NCBI GenBank assembly: GCA_010015585.1
Contig: ML975155.1
Reading direction: 5' to 3' (one strand)
DNA length: 64,000 bases
Origin: Eremomyces bilateralis CBS 781.70
Lineage: Eukaryota
This document shows, in pieces, positions 36,893 through 50,869 of the stretch (within the stretch, counting starts at the first letter, position 1; every line of letters begins with the position of its first letter). Below the pieces are notes generated by a model. It was given only the letters and a program-made list of their open reading frames with translations. It was not told the origin of the DNA and made no database searches. The position numbers were made by a program, and so were the translations under genes.

Positions 36893-38115
36893 ATGGCTCC
36901 TTACGAGAAGAAGTCCATACATTTCGGTGGTGGGGCTATCGGCCGTGGCTTTGTTGGAGAGTGAGTTCCTCGTATCACCAATTGACATCACACACTAACG
37001 TACCTAGGTTCCTCCACAACTCCGGCTATGAGGTCGTCTTCGTCGATGTCATGGACAGCATCATCGATTCCCTCAACAAGAACCCCTCCTACACCGTCAC
37101 GGAGATCGGCGACGATGGAACCCGCGAGTTTACCATCGATCACTACCGCGCCATCAACAGCAAGCATGATGAGGCCAAGGTGATCGAGGAGATCGCCACC
37201 GCTGATACCGTCACCTGTGCCGTCGGCCCCAACGTCATGCGGTTCATCGGCCCCGTCATCGCCAAAGGCATCGAAGCCCGCAAGCTCGACTACCCCCTCG
37301 CCGTCGTCGCGTGCGAGAACATGATCGGCGCCACCGATGCCCTCGCCGGCTTCATCAAGGAGAAGCTCAGCGCAGACACCCTCAAGACGATCGACACTAA
37401 GGCGCGCTTCGCCAACAGCGCCATCGACCGCATCGTCCCGCAGCAGGACCCCGCCGCCGGCCCGCTCGACGTGAAGATCGAAAAGTTCCACGAATGGTGC
37501 ATCGAGACCCCCCCCTTCGACGGCGTCGGCCACCCCCAGATCGAAGGCGTCCACTTCGTCAAGGACCTCAAGCCCTTCATCGAACGCAAGCTCTTCACCG
37601 TCAACACCGCGCACGCCACCGCCGCCTACTACGGCTACGCCCGTGGCAAGGCGCTCATCCACGAGGCCGTCGCCGACCCGGAGATCCAGGCCATCGTCCG
37701 CTCCGTCGTCAAGGAGACCGCCAGCCTCATCGTCAAGAAGCACGGCGTCGCCCCCGCCGACCAGGACGCCTACATCGAGGCCATCATCAAGCGCATCTCC
37801 AACCCCGCCCTCGAGGACAAGGTCGAGCGCGTGGGCCGCGCCCCGCTGCGCAAGATCAGCCGCAACGAACGCTTCGTCGGCCCCGCCTCCCAGCTCGCCG
37901 AGGCGAACATGGACTGCTCCCACCTCGTCGCCGCCATTGAGTGGGCCCTGCGCTTCCAGAACGTCGAGGGCGACGAGGAGAGCAAGGAGCTCGCGAAGAA
38001 GCTGGCCGCCGGCACACCGGAGGGGTTGGCAACAGAGCTGTGCGGTCTGGAGGCCACGCATCCGCTGTTCGACCGCGTCGTGGCCGTCATCAAGAAGGTG
38101 AAGGAGTCCCCGTAA
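36893..38115 (+). CDS. mpdA: Mannitol-1-phosphate 5-dehydrogenase (one coding intron)
   Basis: HFGGGAIGRGF, TCAVGP, ACEN, NSAIDRIVP, ERKLFTVNTAHA, RVGRAPLRK; very strong codon bias. Confidence 0.96.
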
Positions 38116-38806
38116 CTGCGGACGCGGACGGATCCCCAGTACGTCGGAGCACGGAATGCGGGGATCGCATCATGAGGATTATGGATACGGCGAAATTGAT
38201 GGATGACAGCGCACAAGCGAAGGTTGAACTTTTTCATTTTTTTTCATGAGCACCATGAACAGTATGGAGCAAGATTACCGACTTTCCGGTTTTCTATTTG
38301 AGTCTCCAATAAAAATTCCACAGAAGGCTACGATGGCAAGCGGTTTTTGCTCTCCTACGATTAAGTAGAATAGAACTGCAACCATGCGATTTCGTTATAC
38401 GTAGACCTAGTTCTTCACCAATTCTAAATCGTTTTTTGATGGACAAATAAATATAGTGAGTAGGGCATGACATGAGAGGAATTTGGCTGGTGAAGGATTC
38501 GGATTTGCTAATCTACCTAATCCTAAATATGATCTGCTGTGCAAGCGATCATCTGCACGACTGTCAAGGCCATCAGTTCCACCCAAATAGTAACTATCGG
38601 TGAGGATTCCTTCTAAAGCGTCTTGAACCGACCAAGGATTCCCGATCGATCATCGACTCCATTTCAGAACCACCGCTAGGCCCGAGGAACCAACTCCCTT
38701 CATCAACTGACGCATTCCGCAGTCCTAAACATGCTAACCACCAACGCCCAGATCCCCATCCATCATCATGTCCATATCTTCATCATCTCCCGTCTCCCGT
38801 CTCCCC

Positions 38807-41779
38807 TCACCCCTCCGCCTCCTCCAACTTCCTCACCACCCCCTCCAACCTCACCGTCCACGCCCTCCACGTCTCATCCTCCTCTGTCCCACCCTTCCCC
38901 CTCCCCCGCCCACTTCCCATCCCATCCCACACCATCTCCTCTCCAGCCTCCCCCTCTTCCTGCCCCTCCTCCTCCCCATGCCCCCCGCTCCCCGCCCCAT
39001 TCGCCGCGCGATACACCGTAATAAACTCCCGCACCGCCTTCATCAACACCCGCAACCCCGTGTCCGTCTCCCTCCCCCCGGACTGCCCCGGCCGCGTCGT
39101 GCGCGCCAACTCCTCCCGCACGGCGCTCAGCACCGCGGGGCACTGGCACAGGTTCCCGAGCAGCACGGCGAGGTATCCGTGCGCGATCTGCAGTTGCGAG
39201 AAGGAGCTGTGTTGTTTCGTGGATTCGGCTTGCAGGTCGTCGATGGTAGCGGCGGCGAGGTGGGCGCGGCCGGCGAGGAAGGTGTGGAGGAGGGAGGAGA
39301 GGATGGTGGTTGGTGGTTTGGGGGGGTTGGGTTGGTGGTTTGAAGGGGGAACGGGGGAGAGGGCGGCGCGGCGGGCCGGATCGGAGAATTCGGCTAGGTT
39401 GATGGTCGCGCCGAGTGTGAGGATGAGGCGGTCGATGGAGACGAGGTGGGTGGCGGAGGGGGGTGTAGGAGAGGTGGCGATGGAGGTGCAGGTGGAGAAG
39501 AGGTGGACGGTGGAGGTGAGGAGTTGGAGGATGATGGGGGAGGCGGGAGAGGAGAAGATGGCGCAGGCGGTAGGTTCGTTGTTGGTGAGGTTGAGGATGA
39601 GGCGGAGGGTGAGCTCGAGGAGGTCGGAGGTGGTGTTGTAGGTTTCGTCCATGGAGAGGATGGAGGTGATCACGGTGACGATCGCGTGGATCTGCTCGGT
39701 GGGGAACGACTTGCCGGACCCGGATTCGAACTCGAGGATGGAGATGCAGTGGTCACGAGGCCCAGGCGATTTCAGGCTCTTTTGGGCGATCTCGATAATC
39801 TTCGCAACCACTTGCTCGTCCAGGATCGTGTCTCGGATCCCGGACTTGCGGAGTTTTCGAAGCAGCGACTCCAGAAACCGGAGCGTCACGTCTCGGGGAC
39901 TCAAGGTTGTCTGCTGCGGTGTGCCATTTTGGAAGAGCACTCCCTTCAACACAAACTCCTTGAACTGCGCAAGTGAAATCTGAGACGCGCGAGACATATT
40001 CGTCTTTCGATCCTTGCCGATCCGTACGATATCAGCGTCCATGTCCAAAAGCCTCGACAGTGATCCATAGGACTGCTCCATCCGATGCGAAGCCTCCCAC
40101 GCTCCTTGCGCCACGATGCCGCTCGTCCCCAATTTCAACGCCAGCGCCACGGCGATGCCCCACGCAAACAGCACGATCGTATCCGTTTCCGACGCGCCGA
40201 TCTCGAACATGCGGCCGATGAACCCCGTGGTGCACATGCGCTCGACGAAGTCCTTATCCGCGCATTTCTCAGCTAGCTCGCACATGGCGCTCCGCTTCCG
40301 GCCGGTCGACCCGGGCGTGGTGGCGGAGATGTCCTCCAGCAGGGCCTCAAGGTCTTCCGCGAACCGTTGGCTTCCGCCTGCGGCGCGGAGTTCGTGGACC
40401 GACCGCATGGCGCCTTGGGGGTCTTCTAGTTCCTCGTCGATGGGCTGGCTGCTCAATGGGACGGGGTCCGGGAACATATCGTCGAGTTGCTCCTCGAAGG
40501 TTTTCGGATCCTCTTGTAGAAGGGTGCGCGTCTCTCCGTAGGTCATCCGAGCACCGGCACTAGAAACAAACGTCCGAACATGGCTATTTTGAGTGACTTT
40601 CGCATTTCTCGTCTCGAACGCTTCCTGAACCTTCCTCTTCCCGCCTCTCCTGGGTGTGCCGTCTGCCTCCTCCATTTTCTCGTCATCGTCATCCTCCTCT
40701 TCGGATTCGTTTGATGCCGAGCCGTGTAGTCTCAAGCTGTCAATCAGTCGTGATCTCTTCGGAATATCCGACGACGACCGGTGAAGAAATGCGACTTTCT
40801 TCTCGCTTAGCCGCAGTCGCTGGAGTTCTTCCCTGTTAGGAGTCTCTGGGGACTCTAGTAAGGCTGACCACAGCTCTTTCTGTTTCGGAGTGATGGTACC
40901 TGGAGCATGACTGTTCGATGCTTCAGAGTCACTCTGACGTGCTGGTGGTGTGGATGGAGTGATACCAGTGTCGTCAGAAGTGAGTCCTGGGGAGTAGTGG
41001 GCGCCTTGCGCCGCTTTTGCAGAAGTTACTCTGGCACTCTGCCGGTCTCTAGACACCATTTTGCGTAGCGCTTCTGGGGCAGATTTTGCTTGTGATCCAA
41101 GTGAACGAGCTTTCGTTTCACTCACTCCGATCCTTCGCGGTTTCTTGACTACGCCAGACGTATCGGTTCTTTGTGGCGCATCGCTAACTTTACGCTTCAT
41201 GGCCGATTTCGCCGCCATATCTGATTCGTGTTCAGAACTGGTTGAATGGATCGAGTATGGGTCAGATGATTCCTTGACCGGCTTCTCGGTGATAGGACGG
41301 GAGACCCACGCCTGTGGTACGAGTGTCGACTTCTGAACCTTCTGGACCTTCGCGTCGCTCACTTGTCGCTCGGGTGTTTTGCGTCTTGATTGAGTTGGAA
41401 CTGGGGCACGAGGTCGACCTAATGGAAGTGCTCTCCGTGTAGTTGGTTTCGGGGTAGGTTCGTCATCCGACGAGGGAACATCGAAGACCGAGGAGCTTTC
41501 CGACACCACCTTCTTTTGTGGAGGGCGCAACAGCTTCCCTGGCGCCGGCTTCGATGGTTGCTCTACGGTGGCAGCATTCCTCTTTAACCTTCCTGTCGCT
41601 TCCGGAGCGTTACGCGACTTATGTGCCGTCGAAGATGAGGCCTCCTCGCCGCTCAACTTTGCGCTCCGACTAGATGATCTGCCGTGGGTGGAGAGGTCGT
41701 TTCGTCGTTGGGGAGCGGTCGAAGACATGGTGGTCATGCTTCCGTTCGATCGCGTGGCCATGGCGACACCGTGTCTCAT
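38807..41779 (-). CDS. Cohesin release factor Wapl/Wpl1-like protein (start at 41779 or the next Met)
   Basis: 990-aa ORF with a long disordered N-terminus, TYG..R, RSVHELRAAGGSQRF, then a helical WAPL-like domain (LRLILNLTNN, LGATINLAE, GYLAVLLGNLC). Confidence 0.85.
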   Translation of the reverse strand: MRHGVAMATRSNGSMTTMSSTAPQRRNDLSTHGRSSSRSAKLSGEEASSSTAHKSRNAPEATGRLKRNAATVEQPSKPAPGKLLRPPQKKVVSESSSVFDVPSSDDEPTPKPTTRRALPLGRPRAPVPTQSRRKTPERQVSDAKVQKVQKSTLVPQAWVSRPITEKPVKESSDPYSIHSTSSEHESDMAAKSAMKRKVSDAPQRTDTSGVVKKPRRIGVSETKARSLGSQAKSAPEALRKMVSRDRQSARVTSAKAAQGAHYSPGLTSDDTGITPSTPPARQSDSEASNSHAPGTITPKQKELWSALLESPETPNREELQRLRLSEKKVAFLHRSSSDIPKRSRLIDSLRLHGSASNESEEEDDDDEKMEEADGTPRRGGKRKVQEAFETRNAKVTQNSHVRTFVSSAGARMTYGETRTLLQEDPKTFEEQLDDMFPDPVPLSSQPIDEELEDPQGAMRSVHELRAAGGSQRFAEDLEALLEDISATTPGSTGRKRSAMCELAEKCADKDFVERMCTTGFIGRMFEIGASETDTIVLFAWGIAVALALKLGTSGIVAQGAWEASHRMEQSYGSLSRLLDMDADIVRIGKDRKTNMSRASQISLAQFKEFVLKGVLFQNGTPQQTTLSPRDVTLRFLESLLRKLRKSGIRDTILDEQVVAKIIEIAQKSLKSPGPRDHCISILEFESGSGKSFPTEQIHAIVTVITSILSMDETYNTTSDLLELTLRLILNLTNNEPTACAIFSSPASPIILQLLTSTVHLFSTCTSIATSPTPPSATHLVSIDRLILTLGATINLAEFSDPARRAALSPVPPSNHQPNPPKPPTTILSSLLHTFLAGRAHLAAATIDDLQAESTKQHSSFSQLQIAHGYLAVLLGNLCQCPAVLSAVREELARTTRPGQSGGRETDTGLRVLMKAVREFITVYRAANGAGSGGHGEEEGQEEGEAGEEMVWDGMGSGRGRGKGGTEEDETWRAWTVRLEGVVRKLEEAEG

Positions 41780-42101
41780 TCCCTTTGATGTATATTACAC
41801 TTCAACAGCCCAGGATCCTAATAGAACATCTCCAACAGCACGTTCCAAAAGCGATCCACCAAGCGTCAAGTACAAGGCGCCGGGAGGGTTCCAGAAACGG
41901 CGGGGGTGGCGGACAAAGACTGGAATGGGGCGTGACAGAAGTATAGATACAAGATGGATTTGGATGGAGGATCGGATGGGTGTGGGATGGAGTGATAAGC
42001 AGGTTCACTTCAATAGAATTCACATTCCCTCCTGGGAGTTGTTGATGTTTTGGATACAGCGTCGAATGACGACCATCAACATCACATCAGCATGGCGGAT
42101 T

Positions 42102-42175
42102 AGGCTGCTAGGCTGCAGGGCTTCAAGGCTGCTAGGCTATAAGGCTTCAAGGCTGTAAGGCTTCAAGGCTGCAAG
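42102..42175. repeat. Degenerate 8-9 bp tandem repeat (AGGCTKCAA-like) between WAPL and UPRT
   Basis: aggctgct aggctgca gggcttca aggctgct aggctata aggcttca aggctgta aggcttca aggctgca ag. Confidence 0.8.
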
Positions 42176-42638
42176 TCTCTCAGATCATCAGGCGGCAAGG
42201 CGCTGAACTGGGATTTTCAATGCATGGGGTTCAAGCACCTGACCTGAGAATTCTGCGTTTCCATTGGCGGGCAACCTACACCCCTGTTCCGTGCAGAAAG
42301 TTGCCCGCTTGCAGTGCGGCCGGCGGGCGGCAGGGCCCGATAGAAAGATAGACGAAAGCCTCATCCATAGTTATCTCTAATCTCGGTCACTTCAAGCGGA
42401 AGTTCTATGCCGATTTTTCAACCAACCCCATAAATTATACCCCGTGCATGTGAACAATTACGTTCCTATCTTGTTCGTCGTTGCAAAGGGTATTGGCGAA
42501 CCTCGAGAATCATGTTGGACTCTTAATTAATACCTGAACAGTCCGTGGCGTCGCTCGAGAATCTCTCCTCCGCATATATCCTCCCCTCCGCTATCCGCTC
42601 TTGTCCCCGCAATCCAGCCGGAATATACAGATTTCAGA

Positions 42639-43556
<918 letters not shown>

Positions 43557-43969
43557 AGGGTCGGATGTGGGAGGTCCCGGCTCCGCGAGCGCAGATGGGA
43601 CGGTTCTGGTTGCTTCAAATGGCGGTTGTATTGATGGATCATTGCATTAGCCTGGAAGTCCCATATAGCACCACATAACTTGCATAGCATAGGATGCCGA
43701 ATGTGTTCAATGAGATCTATATTATACAATAGGAGCACCCTCTCCCATTCCCAAGCTGCCGTTGACGCCATGTGCCACCATTCCGAAGAGACCGTATCGG
43801 CTCCAGCATTCCTCCGTATAGATAATAGAGTTGTTCGCACTTCCAACGATTGATGGCCTCTGTACGGCAAGGCTCTCTTCCGAATCGCGGAGCCGAGCTC
43901 TACATCACCGCGAGGAACTGAAGGGCAAATTCAACACTCTCATCTTGCATCATTTGATCACTGCCATCC

Positions 43970-44512
43970 TCATTCATCATCACCGTAACCAGCCTCCACA
44001 TCGTCGTCGTCATTATCGATGAATCCGTCTAGATCGTCCTCCTTCTGCGACGCACCCAGGCCGACTTTCGGCGGCGCCGCACTTCTCGCTTCAGGCATAT
44101 AGTCATCTGCGGTCGATGTGTATTGCGCGCCAGCGGAGGTCGCTTCCTTCGCCACTTCTTCACACGCGTCCATCCAGGCAGCGTAGACGTCTACCGGCGC
44201 CGAGAGATCTAACCAAGCGGAGTGGTCAGCCTTGTTTGAGATGCCACGGGGAAAGCGATGTGGAAAGTACGGTTGATGCCGGTCTGGTAATGCTGTCCGC
44301 AGACTTTGCACGAAAGGTTTCCGACGCCGCCTTTCTTGTCGAGCTTGACCTGTACGGCACTCTCGTGATTGCAGAAGACGCATTGGAATGTGCTGCCGAG
44401 GGGTTCGCGCTTCTTCTTTCCTGCGGGTTTCCGGGAGGACTTCTTTCGCTTGCCCTAGAACGAGAGATTAGGTTCCATCACTGCATTTCTGATGTGATGC
44501 ACACTATACCAT
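43970..44512 (-). CDS. ELF1: Transcription elongation factor Elf1 (first coding exon is ATG only)
   Basis: M|GKRKKSS, FQCVFCNHE, CKVCGQ, LSAPVDVYAAWMDAC, acidic tail. Confidence 0.95.
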
Positions 44513-45102
44513 CTTGAGACTCCTGTTCTACGTGTGGTCGGATACAGCCAAATAGGACGATGGATAGAATGGAGGAAAGAGAGTTGGTGTGTCGTAATGA
44601 GTTCCATATGAATTTGTAACTTCAGTAAGGTATCAGATGGAGCGTCCAAGCTTCGAATTGCCTAGTGGAGTGGTGGGCGGCGGCGGGCAGGCCGCAGGCG
44701 GGCAGGCGGGCGAAATCCTAGTCGGTGGGTCTCCCCCAGTCATAGCTGCCACTTATCGCTGGTCACGCCCCGGAATTCGGCTTCCCTTATCCCTATCTCC
44801 CTGAGGCCCGACGACGATCGATAATCGTTGATGATTAGAGCGTAAGTACCCAGGAAGACAAAGAACCCATTCGCAGAGCCACAAACAAGCGCCATAGATC
44901 TAATAAATCAAAATCCGTATATTAGAACCAGCGAGAACCGACTTAGATTCCCCTCTCTCTGGTCATTCCACATTCCTTCTTCTTCTTCTGCTGGTGTGTT
45001 ACTTCAAATCCCTTCGGAACCCCCCGAAGAATAAGAGTCGTCATCAAGAGCTTGGAAACGTGTCATCAACTCATATTCACTTTGTAATTTGGATACTTCA
45101 AA

Positions 45103-46852
45103 ATGGGCGACTCTGTGTTGAATCAGATATTATCTAGTCTCCAAGAGATTCGAGACGAGAATGCTCAACTGGCCTCTACCGTGGATCAGATCAACGGCCG
45201 TGTCAATGTTTTGGCCGGCGTGAAAGAACTCAAGGACAATGGACCGGACGTTTTGAAGCTACCGCAGGTGGAAAAGAAGCAAGAAACAGTCCCGGTCGCC
45301 ACCAATGGAGCAGAGAAACAGATACCTACCGTATCGCGGCCGACTGACTCCGATCCGGAGATCTCGAAGATCGTCCTCACGTCGTATCCGGATCGGGGTG
45401 GAATGGACCCATTGCCCATGAATTGGGGTCATGAAGATCCGAATACGAGAGGTCCGGTAGTTGTGTCGAGGCATAAGAACTCGATTCGACGACGAAATGG
45501 TAGGCTCAGTCCCCTCCTGCTACACGTCCCATACTATCTAGACTTTATATTAGAGCAGTGAAAGCTAACTGATGCAGCCATTGGCGCCCATGGCGGGTCA
45601 TACTCGGTCTATAATGCACTCGCTGTAGCGAGTAGCGAACTAGACGTCAACCACAAGCCGGATTTCACCAACACGGAGCCCGCGGTAGATATCAAGCCGC
45701 AACCACAGTGGAAGGATCCGAAGAAGATCGTCGCGATGGACCCATTGGGCCACCTGGCACCGTGGCTCTTCAAAGAGGTCATCGATAAAGACGGTGTCGA
45801 AATCCGACCCACCATCGCCGTGACCAAGGCGCATATGAAGCTCCCGGAGCTGGAGAACAGCGTCCGCGAAGGTCGATTGAAGCCGGATGGCAAGATCTGC
45901 ATCAATGAGCAAGGTGAATTGGCCGTCACGAAAGTTGCCGTCGAGCCCGTGTGGCACCTTCCTGGCGTCGCGGAGCGATTCGGAATAGGTATGTCGCCAT
46001 CCTTCCCATGCGTTGCTCATCCACTAAGAATGCTTCGATAGACGAAACCCTCCTTCGTAGAACCCTATTCGAGGAGACCGGTGGTTCTTATCCAGAACTG
46101 ATCACGAGAGGTGACATTGATCTGTTCCTTCCTCCGATTGGCGGGTTGACGGTCTATATCTTTGGAGACCCCGCGAAAATCTCTGATGCCAATGTAAAAC
46201 TGGCTCTCCGAGTTCATGATGAATGCAATGGAAGCGACGTGTTTGGCTCAGATATCTGCACGTGCCGGCCTTACCTGATTTTCGGCGTGGAGGAGGCCGT
46301 CAAGGAAGCCCAGAATGGCGGCAGCGGGATCGTCATCTACTTCCGCAAGGAAGGCCGTGCATTAGGCGAAGTCACTAAGTACCTGGTCTATAATGCGCGG
46401 AAGCGAGGTGCGGACCGTGCCAGTGAGTACTTCAAACGGACGGAGAACATCGCCGGCGTCAAAGATATGCGGTTCCAAGCCTTGATGCCAGACATCCTCC
46501 ACTGGCTGGGCATTACCAAGATTGACCGCATGCTCAGCATGTCCAATATGAAGCATGACGCAATTGTAGAGCAAGGGATTCCAATCCACGAGCGAGTCCC
46601 CATTCCCGACGAGCTGATTCCAGAGGACAGCCGAGTGGAAATCGACGCGAAGATCCATGCAGGATACTGTAAGCTTCCCAGTGCCCCCATGCGGAGGACC
46701 TCGTTACTGACACGTTTCGTCATAGTCACCACAGGAAAAACGATGACTATGGACGAGTTGGCCAACGTCCATGGTCGTGCATGGGATGATGTCGATGTAA
46801 GAGAACCTATCTGCGATTTACACCGGTTTGACTAACATGTATACAGCACTAA
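45103..46852 (+). CDS. urg1: GTP cyclohydrolase II-like uracil-regulated protein (Urg1/URC1 family), four introns
   Basis: N-terminal domain RGPVVVSR..RRN|AIGAHGGSY, IRPTIAVTKAH; GCH II-like RVHDECNGSDVFGSDICTC, RKEGRALGEVTKYLVYNARK, MSNMK, VEIDAKIHAGY. Confidence 0.94.
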
Positions 46853-48232
46853 CAGGGGCGAAGCCATGGCGGCCGCGTCGGAGGGGGGTTATTGGTCGCT
46901 CGTACGGGCCAACGGTTCAACTTCGAAGGCAATTGGGCCGCAACGGATGTATGTAACGAAACAACCGGGTGATAGAACCAACTCTAGATTCCGCGGAACT
47001 AGCAAGGGGCGCGCTCGTCGCCCATCCCCAAAGTGATCATCTGAACATGTCGTGCAAGCGGACCGCCGCCCAACACGCCAAAACGCATCTGGGTCCTGTA
47101 GTTCGCACCGGCCCGCCAAACAAGGCTGAACCAACGGGAGTAACGGTGGTCCCACGAATCCGGTGCATGCAACAGCTGTCTTCGCCCGCCCGCGGCTCCT
47201 GAATTTGGATCTCCATAGATTAATGAAACGGCGTCCAGAGTTCCAGACGTGCCCCGTGGAACATGCCCCCCCGCAACGCTATTTGGAAGAAACCGCGAGG
47301 CACCCGCACCGAGTATCACGCACCGCCCAAGCTCCGTGGTGGCAGAAGCAATGTTTAGTTCGCACGCCCCCAACCCGCGTCGAGCCAGTGTCTGGCACAG
47401 CCGAAAACGCGGCGGGACAGGACAGGTCCACGGGCGGAATCGAGTTGCAAGCGCCCCGAAGAATTTCTTTTCGTCCCATCTGGTGATACTTGACGTGGTC
47501 GACGCTCAGTCGTCCGAGCTCCGAATGCGGGCGACTGGATCGTCGACGGGGTGCCACATCCGATTTCCTTGGTCATGCTTTTTTGGAATGCGGTGCGTGG
47601 AATTGGAATTCAGGCTTTGGCGGGCTGCTCACATCCGAGCTAACGAACAATGAATTGGGGAGAACGGTCGCTGTGTCTCTCTCTCCCCTCAAATTGACCG
47701 AGATGGTTGAACGAGGGGTAGACTGGCTGGGCGCGGGCTTCCCTGGGATCTCCGTCGTGTTTCTTCCCAACGTGTGGGTGCTAGGATTATTAATGTTGTC
47801 TAGAACACGGCGTCGTCGACAATCCATACGGATGGATGGCTATTTGCGGAGTCGATGTGACATGGCTAGGAGGAGAAACCATGAACAGTTGAACACGCCT
47901 CTTCCCCATTTTCCCAAAATCCCATTGATAGTCGCAGGCGGTGGCCAACAGTCCAGCACGTTTGGCGCTCCACCGAAAGCTGACATGGCAGCACGACTGG
48001 CCCTGAGGGAGGCGGACAGGCGGAATCCTGGTTCCCCAACTCACCTCGCATGTCCAACTTGAGCATTCCATATTATACCGGCAAATGACATCTAGAGTCT
48101 CAGACCTGCTCTCTTCGGATGACAATTGGATTTCACGGCCATTTGTCGAACCGTCGAAATTCTCCATTGGTTGATCCGCCAAAACGAACCACATCTCGTG
48201 AACCCGTCCAGCACCCTATACATAACGTGCCT

Positions 48233-48911
48233 ATGTCAACCTCCTTAGCCAGGCTTCCACCCGCATCCGTCTCCTCCGTGTCTCTTCACTCTCACGCCAT
48301 ACTCCGTCTCCACCACGGAAAGGTCCGAGAAGACATATCGAAAGCATATCTAAAGCTCTTGACCACTTCACAACAACCCCCAACCGTATCCACATATCCA
48401 CCAATCCATATGCCATCCGAGAAAATGCATATCCAACTCCCTTCCCCTACGTCACCCTCACAGGTGTTCAAATCATCCAGTCGACGATCCCCCCTCTCAC
48501 CATCCACCGTAATCCCCCCTTCCATCAGTGTCCAGAACTCTTCCGCAACGAGACACGAAGCCGGCTCGCCAACGAAAGCGTCCGTCTTGCTCTCAAAAGT
48601 GGCGTCGAGCCCCGGATCAAGACGACGTACTCCGGCGTCAACACCGCTACCGACTCCGCCGGCGAGGGAGAGTGAACGTCAGATAGATTCATTGCACATG
48701 TTGCATAATGAGCAGCATTCGTCGAGCGATGAAGGACGATGGTCGATCCGAGAAAAGAGAGGTATGACAGACATTACCAGTAACACGGCTGGACGCTGTT
48801 GCTAACCCATGATAAGATGGCTATGTCAGCTTCCCCGACTTCGAGCAGTACCAGCAATCGTTCGACTCGCAAGATTATGGGGACAACGAAGAAAACTATG
48901 ATCAATCGTGA
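48233..48911 (+). CDS. Hypothetical S/P-rich protein; intron 48762-48816; start at 48233 or 48410
   Basis: Open frame interrupted by a canonical GTATGA..GCTAAC..AAG intron. Splicing gives ...IREKR-DGYVSFPDFEQYQQSF...DQS*. Confidence 0.65.
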
Positions 48912-49715
48912 AGGACCGACACGTCACTGCTAGATAAGCGGTGGGACTGATGACTTCCCCCAGGGGGAACCACGACTCGGTTTTCTTGCAATAGAAATCA
49001 TGAAAGCGACGAGCACAGGTGAAACAGTGTGCCGAGCAGAGGCAGATTCCCATCCGAAGGACAGGAGGGACTGTGGGTCTTCATCGGAAGACGAAATCAC
49101 ATAGCCGGGCGTAGGAACGATGGATGCAACCATCGGCGCCTTGACGATTGCCATGATGGGGCGGACGTTTGTCTTGATGATCAGCACGCTGGCTTCTTCA
49201 CACCGCTTGTCGAAGAAATGGGCGCGTCAGTCGCCGTTGCTCGGGTGGAGTTCCTCGGGTGGAGTTCCGCAACAGGAGTTGGAGATGCCTTCATGGCAGC
49301 ATAGGATGCACTACGTATATACCAATGTCCAATGCAAAGGATAATAATACATAATACAAATTGGAGCAGTGACTGGTATGACAATGATTCAGCCCATCGG
49401 CCCGGAGCATGACTGCTTCGTCGTTCGTAATTGCAGCACAACCAAACTGAAAGGTGAAAAGCAGGAACCGCCAAGACCTATCACGTGTTTCGAGTTTGCA
49501 CTTCGCAAACTGCCAAGTTCGCACTTTCGCTGTTTCGCACTAAATTCGCAGCAAAATTCCGTGCACAGACCAAGTGTGGCCCCTGTGGCGGTGCATCACA
49601 CATTGGCTGAGTAATTTTCGCTAAACCTCCTTCACACTCTCAAAGTTCGTCTCACCCAACGTACCTCCACGAACCGAGATCTACCACATCCAGACCTTAC
49701 TGCAACAGCGCAATC

Positions 49716-50601
49716 ATGGCTGTTGGCAAGAACAAGCGTTTGTCGAAAGGCAAGAAGGGCCTGAAGAAGCGAACTGACCCCTTCGCCCGGAAGGACTGGT
49801 ACAACATCAAGGCTCCGTCAACCTTCGCCAGCCGAGAGTGCGTGCAAACCTTGGTAACCGAATCCCTCACGACGCTCCAGATATGCTAACGTGCGCTTCA
49901 TCAGTGTCGGAAAAACCCTCGTCAACCGCACGACCGGTATGAAGAACGCGAACGACGCCCTCAAGGGCCGGATACTCGAGGTCTCGCTCGCCGATCTCCA
50001 GAAGGACGAGGACCACAGCTTCCGCAAGATCAAGCTCCGCGTGGACGAGGTGCAGGGCAAGAACTGCCTCACCAACTTCCACGGGCTTGACTTCACCTCC
50101 GACAAGCTGCGATCGTTGGTCCGCAAGTGGCAATCGCTGATCGAGGCCAACGTCGTGGTCAAGACCACCGATGACTACCTCCTCCGTCTCTTCTGCATCG
50201 CCTTCACCAAGCGACGACCCAACCAGATCAAGAAGACCACCTATGCCGCGTCATCACAGATCCGGGCCATCCGAAAGAAGATGGTCGAGATCATGCAGCG
50301 GGAGGCCGCCAGCACCACGCTCAATCAGTTGGTGCAGAAGTTGATTCCGGAAGTCATTGGACGTGAGATCGAGAAGGCCTGCGTTGGCATCTATCCTCTT
50401 CAACACGTACGTTATCGTCTTCTTCGGATCAATTGCATATTCTAACCGTCACAGGTCCACGTTCGCAAGGTCAAGCTCCTCAAGCAGCCCAAGTTCGATC
50501 TGGGTGCGCTGCTCACGCTTCACGGCGAGGCAAGCACGGATGATTCTGGTCAGAAGCTCGAGAAGGACTTCAAGGAGCGTGCCCCTCTGGAGAGTGTCTA
50601 A
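49716..50601 (+). CDS. RPS1: 40S ribosomal protein eS1 (S3a), two introns
   Basis: [51 protein letters not shown]. Confidence 0.98.
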
Positions 50602-50869
50602 AAAATACTGGGACGGGGTCAATTGGGTTGGCCCAACTGGTATCAAAGGGCGTATCATGGACTTAGCATGCCACGGTGTTTTATCATAGCTGAAAAGCAG
50701 GGTCTCTGAATCGAAGATATACGAACTACGCCTGTGAAGATGTGATATTGCAACCGGATACTCCTCAATCCTGGGTATGGCCTGAAGTCTTGGCCTATTC
50801 TATCTATAAAGTTACAATAATAGTGCAGGACTCCGCTGGCGCCAGTGAGCCCATCGACCTGGGAACAAA

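Noticed and set aside
36988..38061. 357-aa antisense ORF over mpdA, and similar ones at 8283-9140, 15888-16646, 29138-29950 and 53707-54636
   Set aside because: Shadow frames produced by high GC3 in the real gene on the opposite strand; no recognisable motifs.
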